Source: Bacillota bacterium
GTDB lineage: Bacteria > Bacillota > Clostridia > Acetivibrionales > DTU013
Assembly (NCBI GenBank): GCA_023435925.1
Contig: JAEZLF010000135.1
Location: 6,768 to 70,767 of the forward strand
DNA: 64,000 nt
Reading direction: 5' to 3'
Below, one piece after another: positions 17,956 to 28,346 of this stretch (positions are counted from its first letter, which is position 1; the number at the start of each line of letters is the position of its first letter). The notes below the pieces were generated by a model, which saw nothing but the letters and a program-made list of their open reading frames with translations, had not been told where the DNA came from and did not search any database. The translations under genes and the position numbers were made by a program.

Positions 17956-19236
17956 GCCATCCACTGTGACGTCAGAATTTGCAAATTCAAACGGAGCGCC
18001 TTCCTGTCCCCTTATAAGGACTCTGTTAAAGGTAGACGCTTTTATGTTGCAGCAGTAGATGCCTTTGTTCTTCATTGGCTTAAGACCGGTCATCATGGCG
18101 GGTATTCCGGGCTCACCATCCTTTGTCATGTATACGGAGATATCACTGAAATGGACATCTTCAATCGGTGCCTCAGGAAGGCCGTAGATAAAACCTGCGG
18201 CTGCAGTTGCATCCACAGCGGATATATTACTCACATAAATCCTTCTGATAAACGGAGTGGTGTCATTGACTGGCTTCGGCTCCTTATCCCACACATGCTT
18301 TTCCTTGCCGCCTTCACCACAGAAATAGAACTCGTTGATGACCAGGGGACACATAACCCTTTTCATGACAAGATTCGAAATGCGCACATCTTCGATGAAT
18401 CCTCCGCGGCCTCTTCTGGTTTTTATCCGGACGCCTCTGTCTGTGCCTTCGAAAATGCAGTTGGATATAACGACATTTCGGATGCCGCCGCTCATTTCGC
18501 TGCCGATGACGACACCACCATGACCATGAACAAGCGTGCAGTTAATAACAGTAACTCCTTCGCAGCTGATACGTTTACTGTTGAATTCAGTACCGGATTT
18601 CAATGTAATGCAGTCATCCCCTACATCTACATAGCAGTTGGATATCCGGACATATTTACAGGAATCCGGATTGATTCCATCGGTATTGGGTGAATCTGCA
18701 GGATTTTGAATAGTTACTTTTTCTATTGTAATATTTTCACAGCATACCGGATTGATTGTCCATGAAGGGGAATTCATCAGCTTGATTCCTTCAATAACAA
18801 CCCGCCTGCAGTCCTCCAGACCGATAAAACGAGGCCTGGGGAATTCCAGCTTGCCGGTTTGGAGAAGATTCCACCAGTAGTCACCCTGTCCATCCAATAC
18901 ACCCTGTCCGGTAATGGTTACATTTTCAAGACCCTTTCCGTATATGCAGGGTGAATGTGCCATTCTCTCCGAACCCTCCCATCGTGTGGTTAACAGTGGA
19001 TATGCATGAGAATCCTTCACAAACAGCAGCTTTGCCCCGGGTGAAATATAAAGTGTTGTATTGCTTTCCATGTGAATCGCGCCGGTAAGGAAGGTGCCGG
19101 AGGGAATAAAAACGGTACCGCCTCCTATATTTTTACACTCCCTAAAAGCGGCCGCAATAGCATTAGTGGAAACAAGCTTGCCCGCCGGATCGGCTCCAAA
19201 CGCCGTAATATCAAAAATCGAACTCACTGTATTCAT
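17941..19236 (-). CDS. GH28 family glycoside hydrolase (polygalacturonase / rhamnogalacturonase-like)
   Basis: GH28 motifs NTDGINP, GDDCITLKSG, HGHGGVVIGSE, RGVRIKT. Confidence 0.85.
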   Translation of the reverse strand: MNTVSSIFDITAFGADPAGKLVSTNAIAAAFRECKNIGGGTVFIPSGTFLTGAIHMESNTTLYISPGAKLLFVKDSHAYPLLTTRWEGSERMAHSPCIYGKGLENVTITGQGVLDGQGDYWWNLLQTGKLEFPRPRFIGLEDCRRVVIEGIKLMNSPSWTINPVCCENITIEKVTIQNPADSPNTDGINPDSCKYVRISNCYVDVGDDCITLKSGTEFNSKRISCEGVTVINCTLVHGHGGVVIGSEMSGGIRNVVISNCIFEGTDRGVRIKTRRGRGGFIEDVRISNLVMKRVMCPLVINEFYFCGEGGKEKHVWDKEPKPVNDTTPFIRRIYVSNISAVDATAAAGFIYGLPEAPIEDVHFSDISVYMTKDGEPGIPAMMTGLKPMKNKGIYCCNIKASTFNRVLIRGQEGAPFEFANSDVTVDGSILP

Positions 19237-19245
19237 TGGTGTCTC

Positions 19246-19393
19246 CTATATCTGTGTCTTCAGAAGACGCTGGCCTCTGCAGGTCGGCGATGAATGAAGA
19301 CGAAATAATGAACTTCCTTGGTCAGGTGGAGTTCAATCTTCACCTGACTCCCGGAGCGATGCAAATTGACTATCAAGTTATTCTTAATGATTA
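19246..19393 (+). repeat. dispersed structured element, copy A
   Basis: About 150 nt alignable with 49595-49740. 20-nt arms at 19256-19275/19282-19301 (with an internal loop) flank a TCTGCA loop. A second hairpin is TCAGGTG/CACCTGA (19322-19328/19341-19347). Confidence 0.8.
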
Positions 19394-20509
19394 TTTCTGC
19401 ATTTCACTCAGCAGCTCCATCTCGGTACAGGCCAGTATAAATGGACCATAGCCCTTGTAATCGTTCGTTGCGACCGGTTCATTGACATAGTATTCAACAG
19501 ACCCGTCACGATAGGGATATCCCCCGAGCCCTGCCACGCTGCATACATTACTGAGGTTAATATAACCCTGCTCATCTTTTTGTGTCAGATGTTTCAGAAT
19601 TCCCAAGAAGCCTTTTTCAACGCCGGGTATGAAAGATTTATCAATGTACCCCATTCGGATAGCTTTTGCAAGGGAGTAGACAAACATACAAGATGCAGAG
19701 GCTTCCTTGTAGTTACCCTTTTCATTCTTCTTATCAAGTACCTGATACCAGACACCGGATTCTTCGTCCTGAACAGCCAGTATGGACATAGAAAGACTCT
19801 TTATGATATGTATGATGTCCTGCCGTTTGGCGTGCTCAGCCGGAAAATAATCAAGTGTGTCTGTCAGAGCCATAAAATACCACCCAATAGACCTGCCCCA
19901 GAAATTCGGAGAGCAGCCTGTTACATCGTCCGCCCATTTCATACCCCTGCTCTCATCCCATGCATGATACAAAAGCCCTGTATGTTGATCCCTGGCATGC
20001 TCCCACAGAAGTAAGGCCTGATGTGCTATTGTATCAAAAGCATCCGGTTCATGAAACATAGCTGCATATTCAGAGTAGAAGGGTGAGCTCATATACACGC
20101 CGTCAAGCCACATCTGATGGGGATAGATGCGTTTATGCCAGAAACCGCCGCTGTGAGTCCGTGGTTGTTTTTCTATCTGCAGGCGAAGTATATCTGCGGC
20201 CTTTTTATATTTTGCATTGCCTGTTTCCTTATATAGCAATAAAAATATTTTGGCAGGATTAATGTAGTCCAGGTTCATTTCTCCCATGTCATACCCTTTG
20301 ATATGGCCGTCCTCATCAAGAAACCTGTCCATGCTTGTTTTTATGTACTCGAATATTTTGCTGTCAGCTGTTAAACGCCAGACACCTTCAAGGGCTTTAA
20401 GAATCAGGCCCAGCTCATAGCAGTACTTGTCCATATAAGCCGAATGTCGTTCCATTGCAGATGCGGCAGCTCTCTGGGCCAATTCTCTGCCTGAATAAGA
20501 ATTTTCCAT
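19391..20509 (-). CDS. GH105 unsaturated rhamnogalacturonyl hydrolase (YteR/YesR-like)
   Basis: Alpha/alpha-barrel family pattern (MWLDGVYM, WDESRG, FWGRSIGWYFMAL), adjacent to GH28. Confidence 0.85.
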   Translation of the reverse strand: MENSYSGRELAQRAAASAMERHSAYMDKYCYELGLILKALEGVWRLTADSKIFEYIKTSMDRFLDEDGHIKGYDMGEMNLDYINPAKIFLLLYKETGNAKYKKAADILRLQIEKQPRTHSGGFWHKRIYPHQMWLDGVYMSSPFYSEYAAMFHEPDAFDTIAHQALLLWEHARDQHTGLLYHAWDESRGMKWADDVTGCSPNFWGRSIGWYFMALTDTLDYFPAEHAKRQDIIHIIKSLSMSILAVQDEESGVWYQVLDKKNEKGNYKEASASCMFVYSLAKAIRMGYIDKSFIPGVEKGFLGILKHLTQKDEQGYINLSNVCSVAGLGGYPYRDGSVEYYVNEPVATNDYKGYGPFILACTEMELLSEMQK

Positions 20510-20738
20510 AAAAAACCTCCATGAATGTTTTTACTATCGGTTCCAATAGCACTCGTGTCATATAGGTATTTTTTCAAAATAAAAAATGCCAAAGGGGGAT
20601 ATTTCTTCTTCTTATTATAGCATTTATTCGTTTTGTTGGCACACAGAAAAATGACGGAATTTGCAATAAGAAGTGACCATTTTGCTGTTTCCCGCTAATC
20701 GTGATGCGCATGGTGGTAAATTGGAGATAACGGCACTC

Positions 20739-20777
20739 AAAAAAGAGAAACCATCGTTCGTAAGAACGGTGGTTTCT
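20739..20777 (-). terminator. intrinsic terminator after GH38-1
   Basis: The minus strand reads AGAAACCACCGTTC-TTAC-GAACGATGGTTTCT followed by CTTTTTT. Confidence 0.75.
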
Positions 20778-20831
20778 ATGTAACTAAATGTCAGACGGAT
20801 ATATATGTCAGAAAACAAGAAGCTCCTCAAT

Positions 20832-23800
20832 TTATAAGCTTTTACTGATAATGCGGAAGCTTTTGATTTCATATGGCCCAAATGGGAAGGAGAAGGCTGC
20901 TCCGGCTGTCTGATCTCCTATTGACCGCTCCATTAGATCTGTTTCCACAATACAATCAGCGGGCACATTGAGCGTTACTTCAGCGGTTCCGCTATTGCCG
21001 TTTGCCTCATACAGCCGCACAATAATTCCATTCCCGTCCCATGCATCTTTGACAGTGTCAATGATGATGTTCTGATTATCTGTACTCATGAGTGAGAAAC
21101 CGTCCGGAAGTCGAGGGGTCGTATAGTGTCCGGTAAAGGCCATGAGAGGATTATTGAAATCATGTCCCTCACGGGCGGTAAGAGCGTCACGCCAGTCTCC
21201 GGCATGTGGGACCAAAGAATAGTTAATCTCATGATATCCCAAATCGGCTGTTTCATCCGGTGAAGAGGTTGAACGCAGTAATGAAATCTCGACACAGTTA
21301 TCTTGAATACTATGACCGTATTTGCAATCATTCAGCAATGATATGCCGTAATCGCCCTCTGATAGATCAATCCATTTATGTGCAACAAACTCAAACTTTT
21401 GCTTATCAAACGGAGTATTGGCCACTGTTGGGCGGCAATACGAGCCAAACCCTGTGTCGCAAACCATATATGGGGTAAGCACAGCCAGTGGGAAACCGAC
21501 CTTAAGCAGTTTATTGCGTTCTTGCCAGTCAATGGTTGTTGAAAAATCTATCCGATCGTTACTGTTATCCAGAATGATTCGCTGGTCGATTTTTATGCGT
21601 TCTGTTTGCTTACACAGATGAATGACTGTTCGAAGAGGATTGTTTTCCTCGACTTCCAGTTTGTTTTGCCACTGAGGGACGAATTCGCGAGCTCTGTATT
21701 CTGCATAGAGGTTCCATGCGTCTTCATCCTGCGGACCATCCAGATAAAGCTTGAACTCGTTGCCCAGCTTGGAAAGAACCTGTCTTCCGGCCCGTTTATC
21801 ATAAAGCGTATCGATTCGTCCATCGAGAGAAACATGCATACAATATTTTGCATTTTCAACATGTATCCCGTTTTCATCAGACCGTATGGACGCCGCCTCT
21901 TGTGTGTCGGAAGAAATCATTTGTTCACTGGCATATACGATGTCATATATACGCAAGCCGAGTGAAGGGACGTGTTCTGCGACAAAACGCAGATCTACTT
22001 CATTTTCGCTGACCGATACGATATGGGAGGGTGTCTGTCTGCCATCGGAATCCAGAACACGGGGCGACATACCGTTAATCCGGGGAAGCCGGAGCTGGAT
22101 GCTGCTGCTTCTTTCCCAGGACAGGGAATTCAAGACGACTACTTTTTGCGGACCAGCGATATCCCCATCGCCGGAGATGAAGCTTGCTGCCTGCTCCAGT
22201 GCCTGATTTCCGGAAGCAATAATTGTTTCATACATCTGGGTGGCATCTTCATAAACCTGCCGTATGGAACTACCGGGCAGAATATCATGGAACTGCAGCA
22301 GCAAAAGCTTTTCCCATGCGTCATTCAATACCTTGGCATCTGGGATATAGCCTGCGGAACGTGCCATAACGGAAAGTTTTTCAGCCATTTGTAGAAGATT
22401 CTCACTCTTGCGGTTTGCTCTCTTTTCGTGACCATGTGTAGTATATGTTCCCCGATGGGTTTCCAGGTATAATTCTCCATACCATACGGGTAACAGGTCG
22501 TATTTCTTTTCAAGATCGCTAAAGAATTCCGCAGCTTTTGAAAGTTTACAGCTGGGCAGTGAAGGATACTCTGTCATCCTGCGTATATATTCGACCATCT
22601 CGCGAGTCGGCCCTCCGCCACCGTCGCCCCAGCCGTATGTAAAAATTACATCATCCAGAGTTTCCTTCTGCAGATTTTCGTCCTGCACGTAACGCAGCTG
22701 TGCCGGGGTTGGTTTACCGTTATATCCGCTGTACAACTCTGGTATAGAGGCGATAACTTCGGAACCGTCTATCCCACGCCAGCGGAAAGACCCGTACGGG
22801 AAACGGTTGCGGGCTTGCCAATGGAGCTTGTAGCTAAAGAAGCTCTTTATTCCGCTTTTCTTAAGGATTTGAGGCATGTTTGGCTGAAAACCGAAGGTAT
22901 CGGGCAGCCAGCAGATATCGCTGCTTTTGCCGAACTCCTCCAGAAAAAACTGATGTCCATGTATAAATTGCCGGATCAGCGACTCGCCGGAGATCACATT
23001 ACAATCTGATTCTACCCACATGGGTCCGACCAGTTCCCAGCTTCCGGAGGCCACACGGGCTTTGATTTGCTCATACAGCTCAGGGTAGTACTTTTTCGTA
23101 TAGGCATAAAGCTGGGGCTGGCTGCATGTAAAGGTGAATTCGGGATACTCCTCCATCAGTCGAAGCACATTGGAAAAAGAGTGACCGCATTTGCGCACGG
23201 TGTCCTTTAGCTGCCACAACCATGCCACATCAATATGCGTATGTCCGATAAGGGAAATCTTTCCTTTTAGCTCGCCATCATTGATTGATGCTAAGGCTTT
23301 AGCCAGGATCTCCGAAGAATTCTGCACGGAACGGACAAAATCTTCACCACAGACAGATAAGTCGAGGTTGCGCAGAGATGCGTCGACGGCCTGCATGATG
23401 CGCGGTTTAAGGCTGCCGGTTGGAGCTGCGTTAATCGCACGCTGTGCTGCTTCCAGATTTCCTGAAAAACGGTTGACAATTGTTTCATCCAACTGTAGTG
23501 TTTCTGACGCCAGCAAGAGATCATAATAAAATGCTTCAATACGTTTATCTACGCGTACAATCTGCGAATAGGCAAAATAGGGCTGTTCACCAGTCCGGGA
23601 CTTCGTTTCTCTGGAAAACAGTTCAAGCTCAAGCTGTACCTCTGAGCCGATCCAGTCGGAATGGATCGGGATTTGCTCACGGTTGCGGTCCAGGCCGTGG
23701 TAGACCTCACCGTTTATGCGTAGATATCCCTCCAGATTTGGAATACGGATGAACAAATAATCTCTTTGCTCTCCGGTTGTCTTCAGATTATCGGGAAAGT

Positions 23801-24002
23801 AAAAAGAAGTGCGCATGAAGATCGTTTGCCCCAAAGGTAAAAGCTCCCGGCCTGTCACCGGTTGCCAGTCGCCTTTATATTCATAACGGCCGGGTTGAAT
23901 ATACTCTGCGATCTGGTATTGCCAGCCTGATATGGGGCAAATATGCTCCTGCGATTTTCCATGCAGCTTTTTAAGATAGGTGCTGATGATGGTTTTGTCC
24001 AT
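20832..24002 (-). CDS. GH38 alpha-mannosidase (copy 1)
   Basis: 1056 aa. GH38 N-terminal catalytic motifs GHTHIDVAWLW, WLPDTFG, GWGDGGGGPT, plus the FHDILPGS central domain. Confidence 0.9.
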   Translation of the reverse strand: MDKTIISTYLKKLHGKSQEHICPISGWQYQIAEYIQPGRYEYKGDWQPVTGRELLPLGQTIFMRTSFYFPDNLKTTGEQRDYLFIRIPNLEGYLRINGEVYHGLDRNREQIPIHSDWIGSEVQLELELFSRETKSRTGEQPYFAYSQIVRVDKRIEAFYYDLLLASETLQLDETIVNRFSGNLEAAQRAINAAPTGSLKPRIMQAVDASLRNLDLSVCGEDFVRSVQNSSEILAKALASINDGELKGKISLIGHTHIDVAWLWQLKDTVRKCGHSFSNVLRLMEEYPEFTFTCSQPQLYAYTKKYYPELYEQIKARVASGSWELVGPMWVESDCNVISGESLIRQFIHGHQFFLEEFGKSSDICWLPDTFGFQPNMPQILKKSGIKSFFSYKLHWQARNRFPYGSFRWRGIDGSEVIASIPELYSGYNGKPTPAQLRYVQDENLQKETLDDVIFTYGWGDGGGGPTREMVEYIRRMTEYPSLPSCKLSKAAEFFSDLEKKYDLLPVWYGELYLETHRGTYTTHGHEKRANRKSENLLQMAEKLSVMARSAGYIPDAKVLNDAWEKLLLLQFHDILPGSSIRQVYEDATQMYETIIASGNQALEQAASFISGDGDIAGPQKVVVLNSLSWERSSSIQLRLPRINGMSPRVLDSDGRQTPSHIVSVSENEVDLRFVAEHVPSLGLRIYDIVYASEQMISSDTQEAASIRSDENGIHVENAKYCMHVSLDGRIDTLYDKRAGRQVLSKLGNEFKLYLDGPQDEDAWNLYAEYRAREFVPQWQNKLEVEENNPLRTVIHLCKQTERIKIDQRIILDNSNDRIDFSTTIDWQERNKLLKVGFPLAVLTPYMVCDTGFGSYCRPTVANTPFDKQKFEFVAHKWIDLSEGDYGISLLNDCKYGHSIQDNCVEISLLRSTSSPDETADLGYHEINYSLVPHAGDWRDALTAREGHDFNNPLMAFTGHYTTPRLPDGFSLMSTDNQNIIIDTVKDAWDGNGIIVRLYEANGNSGTAEVTLNVPADCIVETDLMERSIGDQTAGAAFSFPFGPYEIKSFRIISKSL

Positions 24003-24345
24003 GTTTTATCTCCTTTTTTAAGATGCATAAAAAGTAAATTTGTATTATAGTTATATTATAAATATACTATATCTCATTTAATATAGCATGTCAATAATAT
24101 ACTTAATTACAGTTTTACCTTTTCCAAAAGAGTCTATATATATCAAGGAGAATCGAAATTCCTGATTAAAATAAGCAGCCTGATTTACCTGACTTTTGCA
24201 GGTAATATGAACAAATTCATACGGAGATTATTCGAGTAAGGGTATAGTGAGTATTCTGGATAAGCATGGTGTTTGGTATATTATCTTATGGTCTGCTGCA
24301 AAACCAGTCTATAAAAAATAATATAACAATAATACAAAAGATGTG

Positions 24346-24374
24346 TTGACAGGAGACAGAAATGCAAGTAGAAT
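24346..24374 (+). promoter_or_regulatory. sigmaA-like promoter of the mannoside ABC operon
   Basis: TTGACA (24346-24351), a 17-nt spacer, TAGAAT (24369-24374). Implies a leader of about 220 nt. Confidence 0.55.
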
Positions 24375-24600
24375 AAATTTGTATTAAAGTTACACTAAGA
24401 AGCTATAGCGTGTTATAGTAAGTTTATGGCAAGACTAGTCATACTCAATTCAAATGGTATCTGTACAGATATTCGCGGACAGGGGAGGAGTTTCGAACCC
24501 CACTTGATAGTAATCCGGGAGGTGGTTGAAAGCCAAAAGAATATAACCTGGTGGAACAATTCAGAAAGATTCATTAAAAAATTGAGTAGGAGGTCAAGAA

Positions 24601-26295
24601 ATGAGAATTAAAAGGTTCACACTATTTTTTATGGCTTTGCTCATGATCGTTATGTCGTTTGGTGCTTGTGCTCCAAAAGCAGAGACACCGGTTCAAACAG
24701 AACAGCCAACATCGCAAAACACAACTGCGGACACTCCAAAAGATTCAACTGAAGATGAAGTCGCTGGCGGATATAATCTTCCACTGGTGGATGAACCGGT
24801 TACGCTCGTTTTTATGAATGCAGACACGCAATCGGCAGGCGCAAGCTTTGGCGATGGTAAAGCGTTGAGTATTATCGAGGCGGAGAAAAAGACCGGCGTG
24901 AAAATCAAGTGGGAGCTTATACCTAATAGTGAGTATAACGATGTACTGAACCTAAGACTTGCCTCCCGGCAGGATCTGCCTGATATCATAAGGTTAAAAG
25001 GCGGACAGGAAGGTACATTTCTGGCTCAGGCACTGGACAACAAGACGATTATTCCTCTTAATGAATACATAGAAAAATATGGAATGGGCTATCGCCGTAT
25101 TATGGAGGAAAATCCTGTAGTTCGTACAGCTGTGACTTTGCCGGACGGAAGTATTGCCGGATTCCATAAAATCGATGCAACTCAGTATGCATATGCGGCG
25201 CAGATGATCAGGCAGGATTGGTTGGATAACCTGGGTATGGCTATGCCCACCACGCTGGATGAGTTCCTTGATGTTGCCATTGCCTTTACGAAGAACGACC
25301 CCGACAAAAATGGTGAAAATGACACCTACGGAATTCATTGTGCAAATCCGAGCGGCAACATGTTTGAGTACAACCAACTGGCTTCTGCATTTGGAATTGG
25401 TTTGTGTACAGGCTCAGGCTGGTCTGCCCGTGACGGAAAGATTACATACGAATGGGTGCTGCCGGAGGCAAAAGAATATCTGAAGTGGTTCCGCAAGGTT
25501 GTAGAAGCGGGCGTTCTTCCTCCCGACTATACTAGTGTGACCTATCCGGAGCATGACGCAAGAGTAGCCAGCGGAAAGGTTGGCCTTATCCCCAGGGGAT
25601 GGCCGATGAACATTATTGAATGGAACAATCCTCAACACTCCATGAAAATCAACCAGCCCGACGCAAGATGGGCAGTTGTTCCGGCTCTTAAAGCAGAGAA
25701 TGTCAGCCTTAATCAGGCTCGAATCATCAAAGAACCTACAGTCAGACGGAATAATGCTCTGGCAATTACCAGCGCCTGCAAAAACCCGGAAATTGCATAC
25801 AAGTGGTTGGATTGGGTCCATTACAGCGAAGAAGGTATCCTTCTTAATAATTGCGGTATTGAGGGCGAGACGTATGAGATTAACGGAGATGAGCTGGTAC
25901 TTCTTGATTCTGATTTAAGTACAAATAGACCTCGCGCAGATGGAACATGGTGGGGAAGAGAATATGTTGAGCTGTACAATGACAACAAAATTGTTGAGGC
26001 AGGCTTTAAGAGAGCAGGACTTAGTCTGGGGGATAATTCGATCCAGCAGATTTTGGCCAACAGTAAATATCTTGTTGAACCTTTCTACCCGGCTATTCCC
26101 TCTATTGAATCTGGTAAGGAATTAACCACTCTTCTAACCGAAATAGGCACTTATAAAGATGAAATGTGGGTAAAGTTCTGTAATGGTTCAATCTCTATTG
26201 ACGACAAGTGGGATGAATATGTTGACAGGATAAACCAGCTTGGACTTTCACGGGTTCTGGAGATATATCAGCAAGGTTATGACATGGTTAACTAA
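24601..26295 (+). CDS. extracellular solute-binding lipoprotein (sugar ABC, LplA-like)
   Basis: RBS AGGAGG. Signal peptide ending FGAC, then a Thr/Pro/Glu-rich linker and a family-1 SBP body. Confidence 0.9.
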   Translation: MRIKRFTLFFMALLMIVMSFGACAPKAETPVQTEQPTSQNTTADTPKDSTEDEVAGGYNLPLVDEPVTLVFMNADTQSAGASFGDGKALSIIEAEKKTGVKIKWELIPNSEYNDVLNLRLASRQDLPDIIRLKGGQEGTFLAQALDNKTIIPLNEYIEKYGMGYRRIMEENPVVRTAVTLPDGSIAGFHKIDATQYAYAAQMIRQDWLDNLGMAMPTTLDEFLDVAIAFTKNDPDKNGENDTYGIHCANPSGNMFEYNQLASAFGIGLCTGSGWSARDGKITYEWVLPEAKEYLKWFRKVVEAGVLPPDYTSVTYPEHDARVASGKVGLIPRGWPMNIIEWNNPQHSMKINQPDARWAVVPALKAENVSLNQARIIKEPTVRRNNALAITSACKNPEIAYKWLDWVHYSEEGILLNNCGIEGETYEINGDELVLLDSDLSTNRPRADGTWWGREYVELYNDNKIVEAGFKRAGLSLGDNSIQQILANSKYLVEPFYPAIPSIESGKELTTLLTEIGTYKDEMWVKFCNGSISIDDKWDEYVDRINQLGLSRVLEIYQQGYDMVN

Positions 26296-26427
26296 AGTTG
26301 TCTGCCTAACTGGTATCTAGGAAACGGATGCCGGATGAGGACAGATATTCTGGTTCCTGGCTTCGTCCGGCATCTTTGATTTATATCCCTTCAGTATAGC
26401 TAAACGGTAATGACTTTGGAGGTAAAG

Positions 26428-27378
26428 ATGGTTTACACAAAACAATCACGGCCAGATTATTTAAATGGCCGGTTTCAAAAACTAAAAAAGAGCCTGAAGA
26501 GCGAAATGCCACTCCATCTAATGGTTTTACCGGCCATCCTGTTTGTATTGATTTTTCATTACTTTCCGATTTATGGGGTTACGCTTGCATTCAAAGACTT
26601 TTCCTATGATCTTGGTATTTTCGGCAGTGAATGGGTTGGAATTAAGCATTTTCAATCTTTTTTCAGTTCTTTCTATTTCGGCAGGATCATGAAAAACACG
26701 ATCTTATTGAGCCTTTATACGATTGTATTCAGTTTTCCGATTCCGATATGCTTTGCTCTGCTGCTTAATGAATTAAAGAATTTAAAGCTAAAAAAAATAC
26801 TTCAAACGGTAAGTTACTTTCCGCACTTTGTCTCAGTAGTTATCGTGGTTGGTATTATGTATACCTTTCTTTCGCCGGCACATGGAATTGTCAATGTTCT
26901 TATTACAAAATTAGGCGGAGAGCCTGTGGATTTTTTGAGACAAGCGGAATGGTTCAGGTTTTTATATGTTGTCACAGGCATATGGCAAGGTTTTGGTTGG
27001 AATTCAATCATTTATATAGCTGCTCTTTCCGCAATTCCCGCTGAGCTATATGAAGCTGCCACAATTGACGGGGCGAATCGGTTTCAAAAGGTATTAAACA
27101 TCACCCTTCCGGGGATTATGCCGACTGCGGTGATTATGCTTATTTTGTCCATCGGAGGACTGATGAACGTTGGATTTGACAAGGTGGTGCTCATGTACTC
27201 GCCGTCTATCTATGATGTATCGGATATCATATCAACATATGTTTATCGCAGATCCTTGATAGGAGGAGAATTTAGCTTCGGTGTCGCTGTCGGACTGTTT
27301 AACAATGTCATCAACTTTATTTTAGTATATTCGGCTAATGTGTTAAGCAAAAAAATAACAGATGTTTCACTTTGGTAA
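26428..27378 (+). CDS. sugar ABC transporter permease (LplB-like)
   Basis: Start moved to ATG 26428 (GGAGGT RBS). Paralogous to 10173-11120 (ELYEAATIDGANRFQKVLNITLP). Confidence 0.9.
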   Translation: MVYTKQSRPDYLNGRFQKLKKSLKSEMPLHLMVLPAILFVLIFHYFPIYGVTLAFKDFSYDLGIFGSEWVGIKHFQSFFSSFYFGRIMKNTILLSLYTIVFSFPIPICFALLLNELKNLKLKKILQTVSYFPHFVSVVIVVGIMYTFLSPAHGIVNVLITKLGGEPVDFLRQAEWFRFLYVVTGIWQGFGWNSIIYIAALSAIPAELYEAATIDGANRFQKVLNITLPGIMPTAVIMLILSIGGLMNVGFDKVVLMYSPSIYDVSDIISTYVYRRSLIGGEFSFGVAVGLFNNVINFILVYSANVLSKKITDVSLW

Positions 27379-27390
27379 AGGAGGAAGAGG

Positions 27391-28284
27391 ATGCATAGGC
27401 GAGAGTCGAAGATCGGTAGTATTTTTGATATATTCAATGTCATTTTTCTCTGTCTGCTAGGGTTAATCACACTATATCCCTTTGTTTATATTGCGAGTGT
27501 ATCAATCAGTGATATCAACGCAATTATTCGTCAGTCGATATACCTGTGGCCTGTAGGGTTTTCACTTGACGCATACAGCCTGGTTTTTTCGGATGTGAAG
27601 ATCCTGATGGCTTATTTTAACACGCTTTGGTACACTGGAATAGGGACATTCATTAATGTAATTATTGTAACACTGGCAGCTTATCCTTTATCAAGGAAAT
27701 ATTATTCACAGCGCAACTGGATCATGATCTATTTTGCAATTACCATGTTTTTTAGCGGAGGTCTCGTTCCTACTTACCTCTTGGTCAATCAACTCGGTCT
27801 GTACAACACCAGATGGGCAATTATTCTTCCAGGTGCGGTAAGTGTATGGAATCTTGTTATAGCTAGAGTATTTTTTACCAACACGATACCTCAGGAGTTG
27901 ACAGATGCCGCAAAAATTGACGGGGCTGGGGAATTCATGATCTATCTGAAAATTGTTCTCCCCTTGTCAAAAGCAATTATGGCTGTTTTGGTGCTTTATA
28001 GCGGCGTGGCGCACTGGAATAATTTCTTCGGACCGCTGATATATCTGGTGGACCAGGATAAATTTCCTCTGTCACTGTATCTCAGACGCGTACTAATTAC
28101 TGGCATAAATATCGAAGCTGAAATGCGGCCGGATCTGTATACGGATAGTATCAAGAATCAAGCAATCCTTGAACAGGTAAAACATGCCACCATCATGGTA
28201 ACGATGCTTCCTATCATGTGTTCTTATCCATTTTTACAGAAATATTTCGTTAAGGGTGTAATGATAGGTTCGCTCAAGGGGTGA
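27391..28284 (+). CDS. carbohydrate ABC transporter permease (LplC-like)
   Basis: Paralogous to 11151-12008 (LTDAAKIDGAGEFMIYLKIVLP). Confidence 0.9.
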   Translation: MHRRESKIGSIFDIFNVIFLCLLGLITLYPFVYIASVSISDINAIIRQSIYLWPVGFSLDAYSLVFSDVKILMAYFNTLWYTGIGTFINVIIVTLAAYPLSRKYYSQRNWIMIYFAITMFFSGGLVPTYLLVNQLGLYNTRWAIILPGAVSVWNLVIARVFFTNTIPQELTDAAKIDGAGEFMIYLKIVLPLSKAIMAVLVLYSGVAHWNNFFGPLIYLVDQDKFPLSLYLRRVLITGINIEAEMRPDLYTDSIKNQAILEQVKHATIMVTMLPIMCSYPFLQKYFVKGVMIGSLKG

Positions 28285-28346
28285 TGCACGTGCTCATCTG
28301 CTATATTATCGGTAAATTCTAATTAGAAAACAGATATGGAGGAATT

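Noticed and set aside
19236-19451. 71-aa ORF here and the 71-aa ORF at 49518-49733 share the peptide SAM.EDE..NFLG.VEF...L.PGA..IDY, suggesting a conserved small protein.
   Set aside because: All differences between the two copies are non-synonymous, and conserved residues use identical codons. There is no RBS. The frames extend differently outside the shared DNA. I interpret this as a nucleotide-level repeat.
20788-20812. Direct repeat ATGTCAGA-N9-ATGTCAGA just downstream of the GH38-1 stop codon.
   Set aside because: It is only 8 bp with two copies in AT-rich DNA, and there is no supporting context.
24482-24501. tRNA T-arm-like string GGGGAGGAGTTTCGAACCCC.
   Set aside because: The loop is too long for a T-arm, and no acceptor, D or anticodon arm can be built around it.
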